Source of the DNA: Vulcanimicrobiota bacterium
GTDB lineage: Bacteria > Vulcanimicrobiota > Vulcanimicrobiia > Vulcanimicrobiales > Vulcanimicrobiaceae
DNA: 64,000 bases
Reading direction: 5' to 3'
Assembly (NCBI GenBank): GCA_963714015.1
Contig: OY970223.1
Coordinates: 896,001 to 960,000, forward strand
The notes under the pieces are model-generated. The model worked only from the letters and a program-made list of their open reading frames with translations. It was not told where the DNA came from and did not search any database. How positions within the stretch are numbered: position 1 is the first letter of the stretch; each line of letters begins with the position of its first letter. This document shows positions 41,421 to 52,263 of the stretch, piece by piece. The position numbers and the translations under genes were made by a program.

Positions 41421-42188
41421 TCATGACAAGGGAAATAGCGTCTGCGCGTTCCGTGTCGTCGTCGCGTGCACTGCGTCAAGCGGCAAGGCTAACAGCTCCG
41501 CGAGTTTTTGAGCAGTAATCGCGACGTACGCAGGTTCGTTGCGTTGTCCGCGATGCGGAACGGGCGCGAGGTATGGGCAGTCGGTCTCCAAGATCAGATG
41601 CTCGATGCCCGCGGAAATTACGGCATCGCGGATCGGCTGAGCGGTTTTGAACGTGATCGCGCCGCCGATCCCCAGCTTCAACCCAAACTCTTGCACGTAA
41701 ATCTTCGCCTGCGCGGTATCCCCGGTGAAGCAGTGAATCACGCCGTTCATCCCGGAGCGCCATTCCTCGCGCAGGATCGCGACGAAATCCTCGAATGCCT
41801 CGCGATGATGAAAGATCACCGGCTTGCCGCACCGGCGCGCCAGCACGATCTGCTTGCGCAGCACGTTCCGCTGAATCTCCCGCGGGCTGTGATCGTAATG
41901 GTAATCCAGCCCGGTCTCGCCGATCGCGACGATACGATCGTCATTCAAGAACGGCGCAAACGCCGACGCCAAGTCCTCGGGCGCGTCTTTGGCTTCGTGC
42001 GGGTGAACGCCGGCGCTCGCGAACAGCCCGAATTCCCGCGCCGTTTCGAGAGCTCGCTGCGAGTCCGCCAGGTCGCACCCGACCGTCAGCGCTTGCGCTA
42101 CCCCCGCCGCGTGCATTCGTTCGACGACTTGAGCGCGATCTGCGTCGAACGCGCGATCGTGAATGTGCGCGTGCGTGTCGACCAGCAT
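41421..42188 (-). CDS. tatD: TatD-family hydrolase
   Basis: DTHAH, GVHPH, IGETGLDY, HCFTG, ETDCPYLAP. Confidence 0.94.
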   Translation of the reverse strand: MLVDTHAHIHDRAFDADRAQVVERMHAAGVAQALTVGCDLADSQRALETAREFGLFASAGVHPHEAKDAPEDLASAFAPFLNDDRIVAIGETGLDYHYDHSPREIQRNVLRKQIVLARRCGKPVIFHHREAFEDFVAILREEWRSGMNGVIHCFTGDTAQAKIYVQEFGLKLGIGGAITFKTAQPIRDAVISAGIEHLILETDCPYLAPVPHRGQRNEPAYVAITAQKLAELLALPLDAVHATTTRNAQTLFPLS

Positions 42189-42192
42189 TACG

Positions 42193-43863
42193 TTACGCGC
42201 CTAGTTCGATGACGCGGTTGCGTCCCGTCCGCTTGGCTTGGTAGAGTGCGCGGTCGGCACGGGCCAGCAGCGAATCCACGGTGTCGCTCACACTCGCGAC
42301 GGCCACGCCGATGCTTGCGGTCAACGGCCGGCCGTCGGCATAGTACAGCTCGCCGGTTTCGACGGCATTGCGAAGCCGCTCGCCTACGGCCAGCGCCATT
42401 TCGCTGGTCGTGTCGGGCATCATCACGACGAACTCCTCGCCCCCGATGCGTCCGGCGCGATCGTGCACGCGGATGTGGCTGCCGATGATCTTGCCGACGG
42501 CGCGCAGGCATTTGTCGCCGGTCTGGTGTCCCATTGCGTCGTTAATCATCTTGAAGTGATCGATGTCCAAGATCAACACCGCACACGGGTTTCCGACCGA
42601 CAGCTGTTCGATCTGCGCGCGCAAATCCAGCATGATGGAGCGCCGGTTCGGCAATCCCGTCAGTGCGTCGAGCGTCGCTGCTTTCTGCGTTGCCGCAATG
42701 GTCCGGAAGTCGCGCAGCAGCGCCGCAAGTTCCGAAGCCGCTTGCACGAAACGCCGCGCCGGCAGGAGCGATGCAGTACGCGCGGGCCGATGGACGACCA
42801 GCGCTCCGAGCAGCTGTTCGTCCGGAGCTCGCGCGGCATATCCGGTGACGCTCCAAATATCCGTCCGCTGCGACGCCGAAGATTCCTCGCCGCGCTGCAG
42901 CTGCGCAAGGACGCGGCGAACGCCGTCGATTTGCACCGCATCCGGCACCGGTCCCAGCGTTGCGAGCGGCGCAAGATGCGCGTCGCCCGGCGACATCGAT
43001 GCGTAAATCTGCAGCGTCTCTTCCGCCGCGGGGGTATGCAGGCTCGAGAGCAGCGAGTTCATCTGCGGCAGCGGATCGCGCGTGCGCAGCATCGCCTGTA
43101 CGGCATCGCGCGCCAGCCGGAGGCGATGCACTTCAGACCGGTAGTTGTTGACCGAACGCAACGCAAATGCAAGGAAGGGAAGCGGGGTAAACGCAGCCAT
43201 GCCCAGAGCCGCGCCGGCGCGCTGCCATATCGTCGTGCAGACGAAGCCCCAGGAAATCGTCAGCAGCGCAAACGCCAGCAGCCGCGTATCGCGCAGCAAT
43301 CCGCGCCAGAGCCGCACGACCGAAAGCGAGCGCCGCGAAAGCGCGTGCAGCGGGAGCCAAACCAAAAAGAAGAACGCAAAGAGCGCAGCCAAATAGAACG
43401 CGACGAAGAGCGCGAATGCCGGCGCTGACAACGCCGGATGCCGCGTTAGAACGAGCGGCGCGATGGTGCCCAGGGCAATCCAGAGCAGCGCTTCGGCCCC
43501 TCCATCCAGAAAGCGGCGCAGCAAGCGCGCACGCCCTTCGGGCGCGACGGAAAATGGATAACTCACCAATGCCAGCGCGGCGGGAGCTTGCCAACCGTAC
43601 ACGGTGAACAGTGTGAGCATCAGGGGAAGCTCGAGCGTGAGCAGGTGCTGTTCCATCGAGCGGCGCCGCTGATATGCCACCGCAAGAATCGGCGAGCTGA
43701 TGCGGTGCAGGGTCACGAGCAGCGCAAAAGAGACCAGGAGTGTCGCCCACCCCGTTGGACCGATTCTTCGAAAGAAATGCGCTTGCAATGCAACCGCAGC
43801 TACCGCGCCTGCCAGCATGCCGGCGCGTATTCCGAAATAGAACGGCCGGCGATAAGGACTCAT
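42193..43863 (-). CDS. Membrane-bound diguanylate cyclase
   Basis: Multi-TM N-terminus; DALTGLPNRR, DIDHFKMIND, RIGGEEF, ADRALYQAK. Confidence 0.92.
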   Translation of the reverse strand: MSPYRRPFYFGIRAGMLAGAVAAVALQAHFFRRIGPTGWATLLVSFALLVTLHRISSPILAVAYQRRRSMEQHLLTLELPLMLTLFTVYGWQAPAALALVSYPFSVAPEGRARLLRRFLDGGAEALLWIALGTIAPLVLTRHPALSAPAFALFVAFYLAALFAFFFLVWLPLHALSRRSLSVVRLWRGLLRDTRLLAFALLTISWGFVCTTIWQRAGAALGMAAFTPLPFLAFALRSVNNYRSEVHRLRLARDAVQAMLRTRDPLPQMNSLLSSLHTPAAEETLQIYASMSPGDAHLAPLATLGPVPDAVQIDGVRRVLAQLQRGEESSASQRTDIWSVTGYAARAPDEQLLGALVVHRPARTASLLPARRFVQAASELAALLRDFRTIAATQKAATLDALTGLPNRRSIMLDLRAQIEQLSVGNPCAVLILDIDHFKMINDAMGHQTGDKCLRAVGKIIGSHIRVHDRAGRIGGEEFVVMMPDTTSEMALAVGERLRNAVETGELYYADGRPLTASIGVAVASVSDTVDSLLARADRALYQAKRTGRNRVIELGA

Positions 43864-43873
43864 GCGCGCCCGC

Positions 43874-45403
43874 CTAAGTCAGTGCGGTCTCGATGCGCGG
43901 AAAGAGCGTCTCCCCCGCGCTGGTTTGCGTCCCATGCGCGATTCCGCCCCACACCAAGGCATCGTCCCAATTTGCGTCGATCGATTCCGTCATTCCCAGC
44001 TGCTGCCAAATGACGCGCGCCCGCGCGGGCATGAACGGGGCGAGCAGTATTGCGAGCCACCGCAATCCCTCGCAAAGGTCGTACAGCACAGCGTCCAATT
44101 CGTCGCCCCGGCCCTCTTTATGCAGCGTCCACGGTTTGCGATCTTCGATAGCCCGGTTGAGTGCCGAAACCAATTCCCAAATCGCCTCGAGCGCATCCCG
44201 GAACTGCAGGTCGAAGATTAGGGTGCGCACGCGTTTCGGCAGGTCCCCGAACTGCTCGCCGAACACGCGTCCCGCAACGTTTTCGTCAAACGGCGGTTGG
44301 GGTACGAGTCCGTCCCGATATTTTTTCAGCATGACGAGCGAACGATTCAGCAGATTGCCCAAGTCGTTGCCCAAATCGCTGTTGTAGCGGTGCAGAATCT
44401 TTTCCTCGGAGTACGAAAAGTCGCTGCCGAAATGCGCTTCGCGCAAAAGGAAATACCGCATCGCGTCTGCGCCGAAGCGATCGGCCAGCGCGAAGGGATC
44501 GACGGCGTTTCCCAAACTTTTTCCCATCTTCTGACCTTCGACCGTAATCCAGCCGTGAGCGAAGACCAATTGCGGCGCTTCTTCGCCGATACCCCACAGA
44601 ATCGCCGGCCAAATCAGCGTGTGGAAGCGCGCGATCTCTTTGCCGATGAGCTGTACGCTCGCAGGCCAAAAGGTCCTGAAGTTGGAGCCGTCCGGCCAGC
44701 CAAGCGCCGAAATGTAGTTCAGCAGCGCGTCGAACCATACGTAAATGACGCCGCCGCCGCCCGGAACGGGAATGCCCCATGCCAGATTGGTGCGCGAGAT
44801 GCTTAGGTCGTCCAAGCCTTCCTCGAGCAGCGCCATCATCTCGTTGTAGACTGCGCGCGGACGCACCCAGTCCGGATGATCGATATAATACTGCTTGAGC
44901 CGTTCGTTGTACTTGGACAACCTGAAGAACCAGTCGTCCTCGGAGAGCCACTGCACCGGACGCCCGCACGTGGGACATTTGCCGTCGACGAGTTTGGATT
45001 CGAGCCAAAACGTCTCGTCGTGAACGCAGTACCAGCCTTCATATTTGCCGAGATAGACGTCGCCGTTCTCGCGCAGTCTTTCAAATACCGACTGCACCAC
45101 GCGTTGATGCCGGGTTTGCGTCGTGCGTATGAAGTCGTCGTAAGCGACCTCGTATCGTTTGAACAGGTCTTGCCAGCGCGGAACCAGGTCGTCGCACCAC
45201 TCCTGCGGAGACTTGCCGGCCGCCGCCGCGGCGTCTGCGACTTTTTGGCCGTGCTCGTCCGTACCGGTCAGGAAATATGCTTGCCCGTGCGCTCGCGCGG
45301 TACGCGCCAAAACGTCCGCCACAATCGTCGTGTAAGCGTGACCGATGTGTGGATTGCCGCTGATGTAATAAATGGGCGTGGTCACGTAAAACGGACGGCT
45401 CAT
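43874..45403 (-). CDS. metG: Methionyl-tRNA synthetase, short form
   Basis: YVTTPIYY, PHIGH, GTDEHG, YVWFDAL, KMGKS. Confidence 0.95.
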   Translation of the reverse strand: MSRPFYVTTPIYYISGNPHIGHAYTTIVADVLARTARAHGQAYFLTGTDEHGQKVADAAAAAGKSPQEWCDDLVPRWQDLFKRYEVAYDDFIRTTQTRHQRVVQSVFERLRENGDVYLGKYEGWYCVHDETFWLESKLVDGKCPTCGRPVQWLSEDDWFFRLSKYNERLKQYYIDHPDWVRPRAVYNEMMALLEEGLDDLSISRTNLAWGIPVPGGGGVIYVWFDALLNYISALGWPDGSNFRTFWPASVQLIGKEIARFHTLIWPAILWGIGEEAPQLVFAHGWITVEGQKMGKSLGNAVDPFALADRFGADAMRYFLLREAHFGSDFSYSEEKILHRYNSDLGNDLGNLLNRSLVMLKKYRDGLVPQPPFDENVAGRVFGEQFGDLPKRVRTLIFDLQFRDALEAIWELVSALNRAIEDRKPWTLHKEGRGDELDAVLYDLCEGLRWLAILLAPFMPARARVIWQQLGMTESIDANWDDALVWGGIAHGTQTSAGETLFPRIETALT

Positions 45404-45413
45404 GCGCTCTCCT

Positions 45414-46268
45414 CTATTGCGGTTTTGGCAAGACGTCCCCTCGCAGCCGCTTGCGGTCGCCGGCCCGCGCATAAAGATGACGCCGCGCGCCGAGGCCCCG
45501 TTCGGAAAGCGCCTTCGCGATAGCCGACACGGCGGTGCCCGCATCCAGCAGCACGTCGATCTCGCGATCCACGTCGGCCTGCGCCGGAGCAGCCGGTAAG
45601 GCCGCAAGCGACGGACGAATCGCCAGCGCGATTTCACCGCGCACGGGCTCAGGCAATTCCGCGGCGACTTGGGCGGCTTTGCCGGCGATTTGCTGCTCGT
45701 AGCGTTTGGTGTACTCCCGCAACAAGAAAACGTCGGCTTGCGGATCCACGGCCTCGACGTCCGAAAGGAACGCGACAATCCGCTGCGGCGACTCGTACCA
45801 GATGCTCGGTACCCCGAGGGCGAAGCTTTGTGCCAGCGCTTCGCGGCGCGGTCCGGACGAGCGCGGCGCGAACCCTTCGAAGACGAAGCGCCGCAAGGGG
45901 AAGCCCGAAAGCACGGCGGCTCCTATCGCGGCGCTGGCACCGGGGAGCACTTCGATTGGTATGTCGCGCTCGCGCGCCAAGGCAACGAGCTCGTTGCCCG
46001 GGTCCGAGATTCCGGGCATGCCGGCGTCGGTGACGACGGCAACCAGCTCGCTCCGAGCGCGATCCAAAATCCCCGAAGCCGCCGCCTGCGCGTTGTGTTC
46101 GTGATAACTCCAGATCTCTTTTCCCGGCAGCCCGAGGGCGCTGAGCAGTTTGCGCGCAACGCGCGAATCCTCTGCGACGAGCAGATCGCATTCTTTCAAA
46201 ACGTCGAGCGAGCGCAAGGTGACGTCGCGAAGGTTGCCCAGCGGCGTCGGAACGAAGACGAGCGGCAT
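45414..46268 (-). CDS. rsmI: 16S rRNA C1402 2'-O-methyltransferase
   Basis: PTPLGNLRD, AEDSR, YHEHN, DAGMPGISDPG, YESPQR. Confidence 0.94.
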   Translation of the reverse strand: MPLVFVPTPLGNLRDVTLRSLDVLKECDLLVAEDSRVARKLLSALGLPGKEIWSYHEHNAQAAASGILDRARSELVAVVTDAGMPGISDPGNELVALARERDIPIEVLPGASAAIGAAVLSGFPLRRFVFEGFAPRSSGPRREALAQSFALGVPSIWYESPQRIVAFLSDVEAVDPQADVFLLREYTKRYEQQIAGKAAQVAAELPEPVRGEIALAIRPSLAALPAAPAQADVDREIDVLLDAGTAVSAIAKALSERGLGARRHLYARAGDRKRLRGDVLPKPQ

Positions 46269-46539
46269 GGCTGGGCAATTCGACCCGCGGCGCATCCCTC
46301 CGGGCGCCAAGCTGGAGCTCTTTATCAGCCCGAGCTGCCCGTACTGCCGCGAGGCCATGGCCTTCTACGATTCCGCCGGCCTGCCTTACAGCACTCACGA
46401 TGCTCAAAACGATTCTGCGGCGCGGACCCGGATGTTCTCTTACACCGGCGGCGACCCGACGGTTCCGGCGATCGTCGTGGACGGAATCTACCGTCAATCG
46501 GGTTGGGGAAGCCCGCCCCGGGGCTGAACGGTACATTAA
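46267..46539 (+). CDS. Glutaredoxin-like protein, probable C-terminal selenoprotein (...GWGSPPRG-U-TVH*)
   Basis: CPYC and TVPAIVVDG; in-frame TGA at 46525 followed by ACG GTA CAT TAA and a hairpin. Ends at 46527 if the TGA is a stop. Confidence 0.8.
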
Positions 46540-46543
46540 CTTC

Positions 46544-46561
46544 GCTGTCCGGTCGGGCAGC
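46544..46561 (+). promoter_or_regulatory. Putative bacterial SECIS element
   Basis: GCTGTCC-GGTC-GGGCAGC: 7-bp stem with one G-U pair, G-initiated 4-nt loop 23 nt after the UGA. Confidence 0.65.
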
Positions 46562-46620
46562 ACCATCAACGAACGTTAACGGCCCCGGCCGTTCACGCCG
46601 ATATTCCAAACGCAGGCTTC

Positions 46621-48216
46621 ATGATTCGCACACGCACACTGCCGCGTTTGGCACCATCGACCGTTCGCAGGCCGCGTTTAGAACGCTGGCTGGCGACGCA
46701 CGTCGCCGTTCCGCTGCGCTTGCTGGTTGCACCGGCCGGATCCGGCAAGACGACGCTGCTGCTCAAGTATTTGCCGAACAGCGTCGTGGACGCGGCGTAT
46801 TGCGCCCTGCCGCCCAATTGCAATGCGACTACACTCCGGGAAGCCGTCGCGGCGGCGTTTGCCCTTCCGCGCGTGCCGCCTTCGTACGACGACCTCGTCA
46901 TGGCTCTGCGCTCTCTCGTCTTTGAACCGACGGAGCTGGCCGTCGACGACGTCGACAACGCCTCACCCGAAGCGATGGACGAACTGCGCCGCCTGATTGA
47001 AGACGCGCCCGAGCATCTGACGTTCATCTATACTTCGCGTTCGCGCGACGCCATCGACGCCAAGACCTGGATAGCGCGCGGGCTGGCGGTCCTCTGCGAT
47101 CACCGGCGGCTCGCGTTCGATTCGGCGGAGACCGAACTGCTCGCCGAAACCTGCGGAGTAGCTTCGTCCCATCTGGACATCGGCCGGCTGCTCGAAGAGA
47201 GCGATGGTTGGGCTATCGTCGCTTGCGGCGCCGTTCGGGCCGTGGCCGAAGACGGCCGGTCGCTGAGCGACGCCTACGAACACTGGCGTGGGCGTTACGG
47301 ACAGCTGTTCACCGAATTCATCGCCGCCGAACTGGAACGCGCTCCCGAAGAAGATCGCGCGCTCGTGCGCAGTCTCATCGCGGGCGCAACCGCCGACGAT
47401 CAGGAACGCCTCCATGCGCTGGAGATGCAGGGCTTGTTCGTCGTCGGCGACGACGACGGGTATCGTCCTCTTCGCCCTATCCGGCAACTGCGCGGCCGAG
47501 GACGCTTGGCGCCCAGCGCGCGGCTTTCACCACTCGTGGTCAGGATGTTCGGCAGATTCACGGCCCAGATCGAATCGCAGGAAGTAAACTGGATCCGGCG
47601 GCGCGATCAGCAGTTCATCAAATACTTGCTTCTCAAGCCGTCGGGTTCGGCCACTCGCGCCGAGCTCGCTTCGATATTTTGGCCGGACGCCGATCGGCAA
47701 CTGGCGGCGCAGAGCGTACGCACGGCGTGCAGCAACATTCGCAAAGCGATCGCCGCGCAAGTCGGCTATGCGTGCGTGGATCTCTATTTCCGAGCCGATC
47801 CGGACGTCGCGCTGAACCTTACGAACGTGGTCGCAGACGTCCGCCGTTTCACCGCGCACGTCGCAGACGGCGATTCCGGTTTCGATCGCGGCGACACGCA
47901 GGAAGCGGCCGTTCACTATCGCGCCGCTGAAGAACTCTACACGGGCCGTTTGCTCGATGGCGACGTACCCGAGCCGTGGTTCTCGGGCCATGCGCAGCTC
48001 CTCGAGGACCGTTACGTCATCGTGCTCGAACGTTTGGCGCAGACTGCGTTCGACGAAGGCGATATGAAGAGCGCCGCAGAGTACGCCTATCGCGTACAGC
48101 GCATTCGCCCCGACGCGAGCGGTCTGGTCAAGATGCTCGGCCAGATCACGCCGCAATATTCGGGTGCCGAGTCGGGCGCATTCGAGAATCGCCGGCGCAA
48201 AAGCGCCGGTGCGTAA
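46621..48216 (+). CDS. Transcriptional regulator: MalT-like P-loop N-terminus plus SARP winged helix/BTAD
   Basis: VRRPRLE, APAGSGKTTL, SDGWA; VRMFGRF, YLLL, FWPDAD, LYTGRLL. Confidence 0.82.
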   Translation: MIRTRTLPRLAPSTVRRPRLERWLATHVAVPLRLLVAPAGSGKTTLLLKYLPNSVVDAAYCALPPNCNATTLREAVAAAFALPRVPPSYDDLVMALRSLVFEPTELAVDDVDNASPEAMDELRRLIEDAPEHLTFIYTSRSRDAIDAKTWIARGLAVLCDHRRLAFDSAETELLAETCGVASSHLDIGRLLEESDGWAIVACGAVRAVAEDGRSLSDAYEHWRGRYGQLFTEFIAAELERAPEEDRALVRSLIAGATADDQERLHALEMQGLFVVGDDDGYRPLRPIRQLRGRGRLAPSARLSPLVVRMFGRFTAQIESQEVNWIRRRDQQFIKYLLLKPSGSATRAELASIFWPDADRQLAAQSVRTACSNIRKAIAAQVGYACVDLYFRADPDVALNLTNVVADVRRFTAHVADGDSGFDRGDTQEAAVHYRAAEELYTGRLLDGDVPEPWFSGHAQLLEDRYVIVLERLAQTAFDEGDMKSAAEYAYRVQRIRPDASGLVKMLGQITPQYSGAESGAFENRRRKSAGA

Positions 48217-49637
48217 GCACCTCCCTGCAATCGCCGCTATCGCGGCGACCTGTCTACTGCTGTGCTGGCAGACGTTTTCTCTGAGCCGCGGTCATGCGCT
48301 GCTCGGGGATTTTCGCGCATTTTACTGCGGTGGAAGGGTCGTCGCACACGGCGGAAATCCGTACGCCGCGGCACCCATCATGGCATGCGAATCGACTCCG
48401 CAGCCGTTCGGACTCCACAAATCGCCGCATGGTTTGGCGGAGCCCGTTCCATATCCGGGATACGCTTTCGCGCTCTTCGTGCCGTTTGCACTGCTGCCGT
48501 ACGTGCCGGCCGCGCTGCTGTGGACCGTCTTCATGATCGGCGCGTTGCTCGCTGCATGCGCGCTTCTGGCGCGCATCGTGGATCGGCCCTTCGCGAGCGC
48601 ACTCGCCGTCTTTGCGTTGGGATTCTCCGTTGCGATATGGCCTTATGGCGAAGTTGCCCCGCTGGGAGTTTTCGGTCTCGCGCTTGCCGCCTATTTGCTG
48701 CGTTCGGCTCGTCCGGCGCTCGCCGCACTTGCGCTCTGCTGCGCGGCCATACTTCCGCACGTCGCCGCCCCCGCATTCGCGGCCCTCTTCGTTTGGGAGC
48801 GCCGTTCGCGCATTGCGCTGATTGCCGCATGCGCGGCGCTGATCGCTTTCGATCTTGCCGTCGGAGGACCGGAGCTGGCCTTCAGCTACTTTGCACGCGT
48901 GCTGCCGGCACATTCGCAATCCGAGATCGGGTACGTCACGCAGTACGGTTTAACGTGGCTGCTTCACGCGCTCGGCGCCTCGAATGGCGCCGCCGTTGCT
49001 GCCGGAGACCTGTCCTACGCGGTAATGACCGTTTGCGGAATTTGGCTCGGCGGCGCGCTCGCCAAAAAGTACGCGGATCCCGCTTTCGTCGTGCTGCTTC
49101 CGGCCGCGTTCGCGCTGATCGGCGGACCGTTCGTGCACTACTCGGAGATCACGCTGGCTCTTCCGGCGTTGATGCTGTTCTACGCGCGTACGACCGGCCG
49201 TTTGCGGATCGGCCTTGCCGCTTCGCTGCTGCTGGTCGCCCTGCCGTGGCAGTCGTCGCTGCAAATCGAGTCTCGTTGCGGCGATCGTCGCAGCCTCGTT
49301 TGCGGTGGCCAGGCTGTACCTGCGACTTACGCCGCTTGCGGCGCTTCGCATCGCGCTGGTAACTGTAGCGTGGTGCGCCGTGGTGGTCGGGACGGGAGCC
49401 GCGTTCGGCGCGCAGCTTTCGGCCGGCGCGGCGCCGCACTTGGATCCGCATCTGGCGCAAGCGACATGGGCGGAATACGTGCGGACGAACATCTCCAGCG
49501 TGGGCATCGTGTGGATTCTCGCCAAGCTGCCGACTTGGACCGGCCTGGTGCTGCTAGCGGCTTGCGGTGCGTATGCCGTCGTGAAGAAAGATCTCGAACC
49601 GGCGGTCGCGATAAAACAGGCGCCAGTCGAGTCGTAG
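48209..49637 (+). CDS. GT87-like (GT-C) membrane glycosyltransferase; frameshift near 49270
   Basis: GDFRAFYCGG..GGNPY, YPGYAFALFVPFALLPY; hydrophobic helices continue in the 49215..49637 frame. Confidence 0.7.
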
Positions 49638-50967
49638 CGCGAGCGCTTGCGCGAGCGGCCGTCCGCTTTTCACGAGCACCGCGTCGGTGCCGTACCGATT
49701 CAGCAAACCATTCCAGCGCGGCGAAAGGTTTTGGACCGCCACGTAATCGTTCCATACCTGCTTGGGAAACGGGTCGCAGCGGCCGTCCACGAACGTGCGC
49801 AAGTTGTCGTAACGAAGCGCTAAACTGCACCAAGCAAAGTCTTCGCAGTACAGATTGTGCATGCCGGGCAGTCGCCCAAGCGCGGCAACCGCCGTACGCG
49901 GCAGATTAACGGCGGCAACTGCCGGAACTCGCGAGAGATTCACGACAATCGTAACGATGGCCAGAGCGGTCGCGCTGAAGACGAGCACTTCGCTGAAGCG
50001 TTCGTGCAAGACGACGTTGATTCGCATGTGCGAAGGCAGGACGGTGCTCAAGCGCTGCGCGGCCATCGGCGCAATGATGAGGGCCGCAAGCGGCAGATGC
50101 CGGACCGCCGCAAACGCCATCACGCAAGCCAGGGCAAACTGCATCCCGTCGCGCCAGCGTTCCCGCGGCGCCGCGATACCGAAATACGCGCAGATCCCAA
50201 GGAGCGGAAGAACGCCGCCGGCGAGCGCGGCGAAGAGAATGTCGCTCGGCTGCCATTCCGTGATCGTGGCCCGAATCGTGCTGGTCTCAAGGCCAAATGC
50301 GTAGGCCGGAAGCTGCCAGAGCAACGGCGTCAGAAACACCGCGAAAACGCAGCCGGCAGTTAGGACTGCATTGCGCTCGACGCGTTCGGTCCAGCGGCGA
50401 TCCTCGATCAGCGTTCCGGCCGTCCAGGCGCCCACGATTACCGGCGCGATCATTGCGCTGGCATGCAGATTGGCCCAGAGCGCAACGATCGGGATGATCC
50501 AGAAAAGCCAAGCGTTCTCGAGATCGAGCAGCAGAAGTATCAAAGCCAGCAGCGGCCAGCCGAAAATTTGGGCACGCACGCCGAACGACTGCAGCATCGC
50601 GAGTCCCGTCAGTGTGGTCGTCAGTGCGATTGCAACGGTCGACGAACCGCGCCGGTACGATCGCCAAGCCGTAAGCAGAAGCGCGAGCGCCGCCGCCAGT
50701 GCGCTGAGAAATGCAAGGCTGCCGAAGCGGCCCTGCGGCAGCGTCGATGCAACCGCGAGGCTGAATGCCCATTCCTGCGGCACCCATTTGGCGCCGGCCG
50801 ACGTGAACGTCTCCGGTCCGAGCGAGTGCGGCAGCTGATGCGCCTGGATGACCTTCGCGCCGAGCCATTGCTGCCAGGCAAGATCGCCGTCTTGTCCCGG
50901 ATAGAACCATGCCGCCACCGACGAAACGCGCGAAAAAAATCGCCGCGACGGCCCACGCGATTCTCAT
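49554..50967 (-). CDS. Multi-pass membrane protein, GT-C-like; frameshift near 50915
   Basis: DGDLAWQQWLG, WVPQEWAF, VRAQIF, LWANLHAS, ITEWQP, FVDGRCDPF. Confidence 0.7.
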
Positions 50968-52263
50968 TCGCCCGCGCCTCTTACGAGCAAAACGCGCGTG
51001 CCTTCCCTCGCGCTGGGCCGCCAGCCCTGCGCGAGCAGAAGCGTTGCGATCGAGTCGTCTTTTTCGGCGACGACTTCGTCGACCGCGTTGGCTGCCAGCT
51101 CTTTGCTCCAATTTCCGCTTAGGTGCGTGACGTCAAATTGAAGGCGATGCATCCTTCGCCGCGCTATCCCGGCGCGATCGTCGAGCACTGCGCCCGCAAG
51201 CCCGTCGCACCATCGGCGGATTCTGGCAGAGAATAGCGCGCGATGGGTCTTCGGCGGATGCCGAGCCGATTAGCGTCTGCGGCGAATCCGCCGGCAACCG
51301 CCACTGGGCGATCTTCGGTTCGTTCGCAGTCAGCACGGCAGCGAAAACTGCGGCTGCGGCGATGAACGTGACGAAATACTGGCGAACCGATCCCACCGGA
51401 AACGTGCGAACGTTCAGGTAGAAGCTCGCCGCCGCATCAGCTGCAATGGGTGCTGCGACGATCCCGAAGTACGGCAGATTGCGAGCGTCGAGCAGCGAAA
51501 GGACGAGGAGTGCGAAGAAGCTGAGCGCTTCGAACGCCTGAGCTCGCCGGCGAATGCCGTACCACGCAGCAACGATGATGACGAGGCAAAATCCGATTGC
51601 AGAGGCGGTCGACGCATCGCCCCAAATGCGATCCCGCAACGCGCCGAGCGTAAGAGAATCCAGGTAGAGCGCGTGCGGGCCGTATGCGTGCCACGGGAGC
51701 GCACGCAGCTGCAGCGATCCGGCGATACAGCAGGCCCCCGCGACGAGTGCTTTGCGCCGGACGCGCGCGCCGAACGCGCGCTCGTCGACAAGCGCACCGA
51801 TAAATGCGAGAACGGCGAGCAAAGCGCCGAGTGTCGCGCCACCCTGCAGCAGCGACCAAATGACGACCAGCGCGACGGTATTTATTGCCGACGCGTCGTC
51901 ATCGCGATCGAGCAGCAGACAGACACCCGCGGCGCAAACCCACCCAATGGGATCGAGACTCACGCCGAGTCGCGACGTGAAGCAGAGCACCGCCAACACC
52001 GCCGCCAACGACGCATACCAATCGGATGCACCCCGTACGCGCGTGCGCCACGCCACCAGCACGACGGCGGCCGCCGTGAGAATCGCGCAAAGCGCCAGCA
52101 CGAAAGAGTATCCGAGCGCGCCGAGCATCGCGCCGAAGAGCGGGCCGCCCAGCAAATTCGGATCCCGTAGTTGAACGAAAAACTCCGGGAGTGTCGAGGC
52201 GTGCGTTACGACGGCAGTGCCGATTGCGAATGCGACGATTGCGGGGCAGAAGCGTCCATTCAT
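50964..52263 (-). CDS. Diverged paralog of the adjacent membrane protein; frameshift near 51210
   Basis: IWSLLQGG aligns with LWANLHAS, ARNLPYF with VRHLPL and LLDDR with FVDGR; C-terminus in the 50964..51188 frame. Confidence 0.6.
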
